Of a stretch of 64,000 bases of DNA, positions 1-7,402 are shown piece by piece (within the stretch, counting starts at the first letter, position 1; each line of letters opens with the position of its first letter). This stretch comes from Saprospiraceae bacterium (GTDB lineage: Bacteria; Bacteroidota; Bacteroidia; Chitinophagales; Saprospiraceae), in the NCBI GenBank assembly GCA_026989035.1, contig JALSKB010000052.1, positions 4,553 through 68,552 of the forward strand, in the 5' to 3' direction. The translations under genes and the position numbers were made by a program. Under the pieces are notes generated by a model that saw nothing but the letters and a program-made list of their open reading frames with translations, did not search any database and was not told where the DNA came from.

Positions 1-332
1 AGGTTTGTAATGTGTTTGGAGGTTGATGCCTTCCGCAGCGGCTTCAACAGGTCGGGCTTTTCGTTTCCGGCCGGGTCGCAAATGAAAATCCAACGGTTGA
101 TCGAAAATTTTCATGCAACGAAGATACATAAACTTTGCCAGCTACATGGGTTAAAGTGAATTGCTTGGGGTGGTGTTTGAGTTTGAAAATTCTCAATACC
201 CTAAGTCTCCTTTTCGTCAAAAAACAAAAAGGCGCTTTAAATTACTTCTGGCTATGGAAAAGCGGGAAGAGCAGAACCTAAGCCCTGCTGCTTCCCGCTG
301 CGAAACTACCTGACTTTTGCCGTGAATTCATC

Positions 333-403
333 TATACCCAAACCAGCATGGTTTGGGTAGCTTGGGATGCTCACGCACCCCAAACCACTTCACCATGGGT
401 ATA
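333..403 (-). repeat. REP/MITE-like intergenic element, short (71 bp) variant
   Basis: TATACCCAAACCAGCATGGTTTGGGTA ... CCCAAACCACTTCACCATGGGTATA matches the two arms of the ~104-bp element seen at 41018, 25938, 49470 and elsewhere, in reverse orientation. The central segment is missing. Confidence 0.75.
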
Positions 404-507
404 TATACAAGATGAGTTTTACCAATACCTTTGGCGTGAAAAAACAAAACACCAAAGGACAAATGGACCGATCTATTTGAATTTGAGGCAATGAACTAAA
501 TAATCCT

Positions 508-515
508 TACTTTTG
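508..515 (+). promoter_or_regulatory. Bacteroidota-type -7 promoter box (TAnnTTTG)
   Basis: TACTTTTG lies 46 nt upstream of the ATG at 561. It overlaps the TTG (513) used by the ORF track, which argues for the 561 start. Confidence 0.45.
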
Positions 516-560
516 TCGGGATTTCATTTGGTGAAAGAGAATGTAGCAATACCTATACCT

Positions 561-3500
561 ATGGATTTCAGACGTACCAGGCAGATAAGTGCCGCGCTGG
601 TTTTCCTTATAGCGGGAAGCGTTTATTTCATGACAGCTCAGCGCACCGGTAGTTTATGGGACTGTGGCGAGTTTATTTCCGGAGCCTATAAATTGGAGGT
701 CGTACACCCTCCCGGTGCCCCCTTGTTTTTGCTCATAGGGCGCATGTTTACCGTCGTTGCAGAAGCGTTGAGCGACAATCCGGAAAGCATAGCTCTTTCG
801 GTGAATTTGCTTTCCGGCATTTCCACGGCTTTGGCTGCTATGTTCATTGCCTTGGTAACCATGTTGCTGGGTTCTCGGGCTTTGACCGGAGGCGATCGCG
901 AACCCGAAGCTGAAGAAAACATCGCTTTGGCTACTGCAGGTTTGGTTGCCGGCTTGTGCACGGCTTTTGCCACGTCTATTTGGTTTTCTGCTGTGGAAGG
1001 AGAAGTTTACGGCTTATCTACTTTCTTTACCACACTGACGCTGTGGGCCATGGTCAAATGGTACGTCTTGCCCGATGAGCCTCAATATGATCGCTGGTTG
1101 GTTTTCTCGATTTTTGCAGCGGGCCTCTCTATTGGCGTCCACCTTCTCAGTATTCTGACTTTCCCGGCTTTAGGCATCCTCTACTACCTCAAGCGTTACA
1201 AAACCCATACTCCCTTAGGCATGTTTCTGGGAGCAGCAGCCGGTGTTGTCGGTTTAGGCGTCTTTCTCAAACTCATCATTGTAGGTATCCCTAAGCTATG
1301 GGCCATGTTCGAATTGCCCATGGTTAATGGTATGGGTTTGCCGGTGCACAGTGGAATCCTGCCTGCGGCTTTGCTGATTTTTAGCTTCATTTACTGGGGC
1401 TTACGCAAAGCCCACCAAAAGAAAAGTAGAGAATGGCAACTTCTCTTTGTCAGCTTGGGCTTGATTGTTGTGGGCTTTTCTACCATAGGTACAGTCATTA
1501 TCAGAGCTAATGCCGTGCCGCCTATCAACATGAATCGTACCGACAACGTCATGCGGCTCATTCCCTACCTCAACAGAGAGCAGTACGGAGAACGCCCGCT
1601 GCTCTATGGGCCTTGGTACGGTGCACAACCCATTGGTCAAGAATTTGAAGACCGTTACGACTTGGTCAATGGTCGCTATGAAGTGGTTGACCAAAAAGTC
1701 TCTTACGTCTATGCGGCAAAAGACAAAATGCTCTTCCCGCGTATGGCTGACAATACGCAGGGACGACCGCGCTTGTACGAAATGTGGCGGGGAGGTAAAA
1801 AGGGAAAACCTACTCTTTTTGAAAACATTAGTTTTTTTCTGCGCTATCAATTGGGGTGGATGTATTGGCGTTACTTCATGTGGAATTTTGCCGGAAGGCA
1901 AAACGGCATTCAAGGCTTTTATCCCTGGGACCCTTCCCGGGGTCATTGGCTTTCCGGCATAAAGCCTTTAGATGAAGCACGACTTTACAATGAAGATGAA
2001 CTTCCGCAACAATTTAAAGACGATGCCGCCCGAGACAAATACTTCCTCGTTCCTTTTTTGTTAGGCTTACTGGGGCTTTTCTTTCACTTTAAACGCCGAC
2101 CCAAGGAGGCCATAGCTCTTTTTGTCCTCTTTTTTATGACGGGCATTGGCATCATCATTTACTCTAATCAACCCCCCAATGAACCCCGTGAGCGCGACTA
2201 TGTTCTGGCCGGTTCAATGTTCACCTATGCCATTTGGATAGGTATGGGTACTTTAGCACTCTTTTCTGCCTTTCGGCAAAAATGGAACCTTTCGGCAAAT
2301 GTTGCTGCAGTGCTGGCTTCCCTGATTACTTTGTCGGCTCCCCTACTCATGGGTACACAAAATTTTGACGAAAACAACCGCAGCCACATCAAAGCGCCTC
2401 GTGATTACGCCAAAAATTTCCTGGAGTCTTGTGCGCCCAATGCCATCATATTTACTTACGGGGATAACGACACTTATCCACTCTGGTATGCTCAGGAAGT
2501 GGAAGGCATAAGAACCGATGTGCGGGTTGTTAACCTCAGCCTCATAGCTGTAGATTGGTATATCGACCTGCTTCGGCGCAGAATTAATGATTCTCCGCCC
2601 TTAAAGCTCACTATACCTTCATCGGCCTATAGGGGAAGTAATCGAGTGGCTACTCCTTACTACAACCCCAGGCAGGGGGAGTCTTATGACCCCAAGCTGG
2701 ACATCGAGATGAATGCGCTGGAGGTACTGAGACATATTGCAAAGGATCAGATTCCTGCAGGTACTTCTTCTCGCCAGCCTAAAAGTTTTTTGCCCACTAA
2801 ACGGATGTATCTGGCTGTGGATGTACCCAAAGCTTTTGAGCGTGGCTGGGTGACGGAAGCGGATTCGGGAAAAGTAGTCAGTCGCATCCCCATCCGCATT
2901 AACAAAGACAAGCAATACCTCATCAAAGATGAATTGGCCATTTTGGATGTCATAGCGTCCAACATCAACGAACGCCCCATTTACTTCGCCGTTACCGGGC
3001 GTTCGGAGAAAATGTTTAATCTCCAGGACTACATGCAACTCGAAGGTTTGGCCTTGCGCATTGTACCCGTAAAAACCGAAATGAGCAATGATCGGCGCAT
3101 GTTTGGTAGTGTTTATGGTGCGGGGCGCGTAGCCCGCGACATAGTCTATCGCAATGCCATGGAAAAATTTGCCTGGGGCAATTTCGACAAAGAAAAGCTC
3201 TATGTAAATTATAGCTACGGGCCCAGCATACAGAGCTTCCACATCATGTTTCTGCGCACAGCTCAGGACTATCTCAAGCACGGAGACAAGGAAAAGGCTT
3301 TGGCTTTAGCCAAAAAATATCTGGAAGTTTTTCCCGACATGAACTTCCCTTATGATTATCGCACCATGCGTTTTTTGTCGCTCATGGTTGAGGCCGGAGC
3401 CTATGAAGAAACCAAGCCCCATTTAAAGAAGTTGGCCAACAGGTTGGAAAATATGCTGACCTTTTACTTCTCGTTGGATGATAGAGATTTGGAAGCCGGC

Positions 3501-3653
3501 TTTTCTCAAGACTTAGGTTTGACTTTGCGCACCAAAGATGATCTCGTGGCTTTGGTCAAAAAACAGGAAGATGATGCTTTTGCTACAGAACTGGAAAAAC
3601 AGTTTAAGGACTTTGATTTAGGAACAGGTGGTTTGCCACCTATGGGTAAATAA
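561..3653 (+). CDS. DUF2723-type polytopic membrane protein (PMT/GT-C-like glycosyltransferase family) with a large C-terminal soluble region
   Basis: The long ORF (513..3653 in the track) has multiple N-terminal hydrophobic helices. The N-terminal motif (TAQRTGSLWDCGEFISGAYKLEVVHPPGAPLF) is one I recall as typical of DUF2723 proteins. ATG 561 is chosen as the start. Confidence 0.8.
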   Translation: MDFRRTRQISAALVFLIAGSVYFMTAQRTGSLWDCGEFISGAYKLEVVHPPGAPLFLLIGRMFTVVAEALSDNPESIALSVNLLSGISTALAAMFIALVTMLLGSRALTGGDREPEAEENIALATAGLVAGLCTAFATSIWFSAVEGEVYGLSTFFTTLTLWAMVKWYVLPDEPQYDRWLVFSIFAAGLSIGVHLLSILTFPALGILYYLKRYKTHTPLGMFLGAAAGVVGLGVFLKLIIVGIPKLWAMFELPMVNGMGLPVHSGILPAALLIFSFIYWGLRKAHQKKSREWQLLFVSLGLIVVGFSTIGTVIIRANAVPPINMNRTDNVMRLIPYLNREQYGERPLLYGPWYGAQPIGQEFEDRYDLVNGRYEVVDQKVSYVYAAKDKMLFPRMADNTQGRPRLYEMWRGGKKGKPTLFENISFFLRYQLGWMYWRYFMWNFAGRQNGIQGFYPWDPSRGHWLSGIKPLDEARLYNEDELPQQFKDDAARDKYFLVPFLLGLLGLFFHFKRRPKEAIALFVLFFMTGIGIIIYSNQPPNEPRERDYVLAGSMFTYAIWIGMGTLALFSAFRQKWNLSANVAAVLASLITLSAPLLMGTQNFDENNRSHIKAPRDYAKNFLESCAPNAIIFTYGDNDTYPLWYAQEVEGIRTDVRVVNLSLIAVDWYIDLLRRRINDSPPLKLTIPSSAYRGSNRVATPYYNPRQGESYDPKLDIEMNALEVLRHIAKDQIPAGTSSRQPKSFLPTKRMYLAVDVPKAFERGWVTEADSGKVVSRIPIRINKDKQYLIKDELAILDVIASNINERPIYFAVTGRSEKMFNLQDYMQLEGLALRIVPVKTEMSNDRRMFGSVYGAGRVARDIVYRNAMEKFAWGNFDKEKLYVNYSYGPSIQSFHIMFLRTAQDYLKHGDKEKALALAKKYLEVFPDMNFPYDYRTMRFLSLMVEAGAYEETKPHLKKLANRLENMLTFYFSLDDRDLEAGFSQDLGLTLRTKDDLVALVKKQEDDAFATELEKQFKDFDLGTGGLPPMGK
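2268..2280 (+). repeat. GCCTTTCGGCAAA word copy
   Basis: Exact 13-mer inside the DUF2723 gene, read as codons A-F-R-Q. Confidence 0.9.
2288..2299 (+). repeat. GCCTTTCGGCAAA word copy (12/13, aCCTTTCGGCAAAT)
   Basis: Lies 7 nt after the previous copy in the same gene but in a different frame (L-S-A-N). Confidence 0.85.
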
Positions 3654-3660
3654 AATGACA

Positions 3661-3699
3661 AACAGCCGGCTAAAAATCTGCCGGCTGTTTGTCCTTCTT
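3661..3699 (+). terminator. Rho-independent terminator candidate after the DUF2723 gene
   Basis: 10-bp stem AACAGCCGGC / GCCGGCTGTT with a 9-nt loop, 8 nt after the stop, followed by the T-rich TGTCCTTCTTATT. Confidence 0.5.
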
Positions 3700-3702
3700 A
3701 TT

Positions 3703-4023
3703 ATGCAAAAGGACAAAAAAACAGTAGAACTTATTCGCCAAGATTTCGACCTCTCTCTGGATTTGAGGGCAGATGAAAAAGAATTGTTGCGAATTTTGTC
3801 CGATCGCATTGCACAACTCATAGCAGAAAGGCCGGAATATCTCTTTAGCTTGCTTTACCGGTTGGATGTTTCGGAAGAAAAGGTGCACAAGGCACTGTCT
3901 AATTTAGAGGAAAAGCCGGCCAATATCTTATTAGCAGAATTGGTGTTGCAAAGGCAAAAGCAGCGGGCTGCAACCCGCCTGGCCTACAAACAAAAACCTC
4001 TCGACGACGAGATGGCCTGGTAA
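3703..4023 (+). CDS. Small conserved hypothetical protein (106 aa)
   Basis: ORF 3628..4023. ATG 3703 is preferred because the terminator hairpin occupies 3661-3690. The stop lies 5 nt before recO. No recognisable domain. Confidence 0.5.
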   Translation: MQKDKKTVELIRQDFDLSLDLRADEKELLRILSDRIAQLIAERPEYLFSLLYRLDVSEEKVHKALSNLEEKPANILLAELVLQRQKQRAATRLAYKQKPLDDEMAW

Positions 4024-4028
4024 GAGAT

Positions 4029-4775
4029 ATGCTTATCAAAACCCGTGGCATCGTCTTACGCGCCTTTAAATACGGCGAAACCAGCATTATTGCCGATATT
4101 TTCACCGAAGAAAAGGGCTTGCAGTCTTATATCATTGGTGGGGTTAGGCGTAGCAAACCAAGATTTGCAGGAGCACTACTTCAAGTCGGCTCTATTCTGG
4201 ATATGGTTGTCTATTACAGCAACAAATCTAAACTACATCGCCCTCGTGAACTCCGGGCTGCCTATATCTATCACAGCTTACCATATCATTTGCCGAAAGG
4301 CTCCATAGCCCTCTTTGCCATGGAAATTGCCCGCAAATGTCTGCACGAACCGGAAAGTCAGCCTTTGCTCTTCCAATGGATGTATGAGTTTTTGATCTTT
4401 GTCGATCAAACGGAGCATTCTCTCCAGCTCTTACCCCATTACTTTCTGTGTCAATTTGCTGGGCATCTGGGCTTTGAAATGCAAAACAATTTTGGAACCG
4501 AGGCGCCTTTTTTCGATCTCCTTCATGGCCGATTTGTTCCCCTTCCTCCGGAAGAAGAACTTCAAGCCGGCTACTTTATTTTGGATGAAGATCAAAACAA
4601 GCTCTTGTCCTTCCTCCTTCACAGTAACTGGTACACACCCTCTCCCCAACCCCCTCCCTCTCCCGCCTTACGAGAAGGTTTGTTGAAAGAGTTGTTAGCC
4701 TATTACAGCTTGCACACCACGCCTTTTGGCCAAGTCAAAAGCCTGGACATTTTGCAAAAAGTGCTGAGGGGTTAA
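4029..4775 (+). CDS. recO: DNA repair protein RecO
   Basis: The N-terminus MLIKTRGIVLRAFKYGETSIIADIFTEEKGLQSY is the typical RecO OB-fold start, and the 248-aa length fits. Confidence 0.85.
   Translation: MLIKTRGIVLRAFKYGETSIIADIFTEEKGLQSYIIGGVRRSKPRFAGALLQVGSILDMVVYYSNKSKLHRPRELRAAYIYHSLPYHLPKGSIALFAMEIARKCLHEPESQPLLFQWMYEFLIFVDQTEHSLQLLPHYFLCQFAGHLGFEMQNNFGTEAPFFDLLHGRFVPLPPEEELQAGYFILDEDQNKLLSFLLHSNWYTPSPQPPPSPALREGLLKELLAYYSLHTTPFGQVKSLDILQKVLRG
4289..4301 (-). repeat. GCCTTTCGGCAAA word copy
   Basis: TTTGCCGAAAGGC on the + strand inside recO, read as L-P-K-G. Confidence 0.9.
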
Positions 4776-4817
4776 TCTTCTTTGCCTAAAGCTTAACCTT
4801 AATTTTCTATCCCCATC

Positions 4818-6077
4818 TCAGGCCTTACCTCGCAGCATCAGCTTCCAATACATGAATGGCAGCAAATATTTTTTCAGCAGCCACATGGCATAGCTGTCTT
4901 TGCTGGTGTCAAAAAACTTTGACAAGAGCGGGTCGGAATCCCGCACATTGTCGTACTTGAATTCTGCCAACAGCATTCTTCCATAACCGGTAACTATGGG
5001 GCAGGAAGAATAACCTTCATAGCGAGCTTGAAGCGGTTTTCCACTCATAGCAGCCAAAAGGTTTTTGACCAAAACCGGTGCCTGTTTGCGAACAGCAGCT
5101 CCTGTCTTTGCCGTAGGCAAGGCTGCTACATCGCCTAAAGCGAAAACATTGGGGTAGCGTTTGTGCTGCAAACTGTAAATATCTACTTCTACCCAACCTT
5201 TATCCGGGCCTTCTTGAACGGCCAGCTTTGAGTGCATGATGAAATCCGGGGCAGATTGTGGCGGTGCAAGGTGCAACATTTCAAAAGGCAAAGAGACTCT
5301 GTTCTCTCCGGCATCTTTGTATCCCAAGGATTCCTTAAAATTATAAAACAACTTATCCTTGTCCTTTTCCATGAGTTCAAAATAAACCTTGTGCCCGGGG
5401 CCATCTATTTTGACCGGCTTGTGGAAAAAGAGTAAGGAAATGTCCTTTTCCGTTACGATTTCCATCAAACGGTCTTTAAAAGGTTCTACACCGAAAATGA
5501 CTGATCCAGGGGTGGCGAAAATGACTTTCGATTTGTCTTTTAGGCCGTGGCGCGCTATGTAATCACTGGTTAAATACATGATTTTCTGTGGTGCACCACC
5601 GCACTTAATGGGCGTTGCCGGTTGCGTGAAGACGGCATTTCCCCCTTTGAACGATTGCAAAACTTGCCAAGTGTACCGGGAGTCGATGTAGTTGCTGCAG
5701 ACACCATTTTTGTTTATGGTTTCAGCCAACCCTTCGATCCACTCCAAACGGTATTGTACACCGGGGCAAACGACCAAGTAATCGTAGCTTATTTCTTCTC
5801 CGGATTCAGTCTTGAGTTTGTTGTTCTCCGGATCAACTTCCGACACCCGATCTCGTATCCAGTTAGCTCCTCGTGGAATGTAGTCGCGTGTGTAACCCAC
5901 TGTTTTTTGATACTTGTAAGCCCCTGCTCCGACTAAGGTCCAAGCCGGTTGATAGTAGTGCTTTTCCGATGGGTCTATCAATGCCACATCCAGCTTGCGG
6001 TTCTCGTTTAGCAGTCGGGCAGCAACGGTGATACCGGCTGTCCCTGCTCCTATGATGACGATTTGATGATGAGTCAT
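4818..6077 (-). CDS. sqr: Sulfide:quinone oxidoreductase, type II (SQRDL-like) FAD-dependent oxidoreductase
   Basis: GxGxxG start (IVIIGAGTAGITVA), a PIKCGGAPQKIMYL motif and a CPIVTGYG motif, as in mitochondrial-type SQR. It sits next to YeeE/YedE sulfur-transport genes. Confidence 0.8.
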   Translation of the reverse strand: MTHHQIVIIGAGTAGITVAARLLNENRKLDVALIDPSEKHYYQPAWTLVGAGAYKYQKTVGYTRDYIPRGANWIRDRVSEVDPENNKLKTESGEEISYDYLVVCPGVQYRLEWIEGLAETINKNGVCSNYIDSRYTWQVLQSFKGGNAVFTQPATPIKCGGAPQKIMYLTSDYIARHGLKDKSKVIFATPGSVIFGVEPFKDRLMEIVTEKDISLLFFHKPVKIDGPGHKVYFELMEKDKDKLFYNFKESLGYKDAGENRVSLPFEMLHLAPPQSAPDFIMHSKLAVQEGPDKGWVEVDIYSLQHKRYPNVFALGDVAALPTAKTGAAVRKQAPVLVKNLLAAMSGKPLQARYEGYSSCPIVTGYGRMLLAEFKYDNVRDSDPLLSKFFDTSKDSYAMWLLKKYLLPFMYWKLMLRGKA

Positions 6078-6119
6078 GACTTCGTTTTTAGTTTTTTACT
6101 GTTGTTTTTTTGCTGCAAA

Positions 6120-6533
6120 TCAATGAGGCAGCTTGTTTCTCAACAATCCGTAAACAAATGTTCCAAACATGGCGCTGGCAAGGAAAACAACCAATACCGT
6201 ATAGCCGGCCCCCATGAGGATGAACATCGGCCCGGGGCATATCCCTGCCATTGCCCAACCCAGTCCGAAAATGATGCCTCCGAAAATGTAACGCTTGTAT
6301 TGCGGGGCTTTGGGAGGTACGTGCAATTCCTGGCCTTTGATGTTGCGCAAATGCAAACGGCTTATGAGTTGTTCGCCCAAGATACCAAAAGCCACAGCAG
6401 AGAAAATGATGCCGTACATGTGGAAAGACTGAAAGTGAAACATTTCAAAGATTCTGAACCAGGAGACGGCTTCCACTTTGTACAGCGTCATCCCAAACAA
6501 AAAACCGATGATGATATATTTGAAGTATCTCAT
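6120..6533 (-). CDS. YeeE/YedE family sulfur-compound transport membrane protein (half-size)
   Basis: 137-aa polytopic protein with a glycine-rich GWAMAGICPGP motif typical of the YeeE/YedE (DUF395) family. It is 11 nt from its partner gene. Confidence 0.75.
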   Translation of the reverse strand: MRYFKYIIIGFLFGMTLYKVEAVSWFRIFEMFHFQSFHMYGIIFSAVAFGILGEQLISRLHLRNIKGQELHVPPKAPQYKRYIFGGIIFGLGWAMAGICPGPMFILMGAGYTVLVVFLASAMFGTFVYGLLRNKLPH

Positions 6534-6543
6534 GGCAAAGTTT

Positions 6544-7140
6544 TTAAAGGCTAAACAAAAGCGGGAAAATCAGGTAGGTCATAATCAGCCCCCCGATGAA
6601 AAAACCTATGACGGCTACAAGAGAGGGCAACTGCAGACTGGAAAGCCCACTGATGGCATGCCCGGAAGTACAACCTCCGGCATAGCGTGCGCCAAAGCCG
6701 ATTAAAAACCCTCCACCGAGGATGATGATAGCACCTCGCAAGGTAAAGAGTGATTCCCAGCTGTAAAATTCGGGTACCAGTGGAACCTGCCCCGGTTCGT
6801 AATTCAAGCCCAGGGCTTTTAGGCTTTCAACCGTAGCTTCAGATACATGGGCTATGTTCCCTTCTGCTCCCGCGAAATAGTGGGATGTCATGTATCCTCC
6901 AAACATGGCACCCAAAACCACCATGAGGTTCCACCCGTCCCGAGTCCAGTCGTAGTCGAAGAAGTCGGCAAATTTACCGGCTCCCTCTGCCGCGCACATC
7001 GTCCGCAAATTGGCAGAAATGCCCAACTCATGGCCAAAGAACATGAGGGCAAACATAATGAAGGCAATCATGAAGCCTCCCAACCACCAAGGCCAGGGCT
7101 GGCTGATGAAGGCCTTTGCTTGCAAGAGAAAATCGAGCAT
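6544..7140 (-). CDS. YeeE/YedE family sulfur-compound transport membrane protein
   Basis: 198-aa polytopic protein with an [15 protein letters not shown] motif (conserved Cys of YeeE/YedE). Confidence 0.75.
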   Translation of the reverse strand: MLDFLLQAKAFISQPWPWWLGGFMIAFIMFALMFFGHELGISANLRTMCAAEGAGKFADFFDYDWTRDGWNLMVVLGAMFGGYMTSHYFAGAEGNIAHVSEATVESLKALGLNYEPGQVPLVPEFYSWESLFTLRGAIIILGGGFLIGFGARYAGGCTSGHAISGLSSLQLPSLVAVIGFFIGGLIMTYLIFPLLFSL

Positions 7141-7326
7141 AACACTTTATTTTTGTTGAGGTTGTTGTTTCTGAGAAGTTTTGGCAGCTCTAGCTTCTTG
7201 AATGCTGTATGCCTCGCCTCTTCTGCCTGATTCACTTCTAATTTGCAAGTTTAAAGGTGGCTTGGCTCATCAGCTTGGGCAATGACCTTTGTCAGCAAGA
7301 AAGGTGATTTTTAGCGCATAAGCCCT

Positions 7327-7334
7327 TACTTTTG
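7327..7334 (+). promoter_or_regulatory. Bacteroidota-type -7 promoter box upstream of thrA
   Basis: TACTTTTG lies 69 nt upstream of the GTG start at 7403. Confidence 0.4.
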
Positions 7335-7402
7335 CAGGAGTTTTTGCGAGGATAAGGTGTAGGTAGAGGTCGTATTTGCCTTAAACGACAAAAAGAGATT
7401 TT

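Noticed and set aside
1-114. Possible 5' end of a minus-strand gene (ATG at 114; MKIFDQPLDFHLRPGRKRKARPVEAAAEGINLQTHYKP...) running off the left edge.
   Set aside because: Only 38 codons are visible, there is no recognisable motif, and no promoter box was found. There is too little evidence to call it a CDS.
1401-3281. Antisense or nested ORFs inside the DUF2723 gene (1401..1946, 1606..1962, 2619..3281, 2747..2980).
   Set aside because: They are fully contained in a much longer ORF with clear membrane-protein character, and their translations are low-complexity or non-protein-like. The same reasoning applies to 9989..10603, 15170..15778, 15240..15941, 32544..33215, 35303..35962, 43726..44343, 54521..55135, 55139..55765 and 57972..58646.
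7141-7402. Looked for a thr-operon leader peptide/attenuator or a riboswitch upstream of thrA.
   Set aside because: There is no short ORF with Thr/Ile codon runs, and I could see no terminator/antiterminator pair. Only a -7 box was found.
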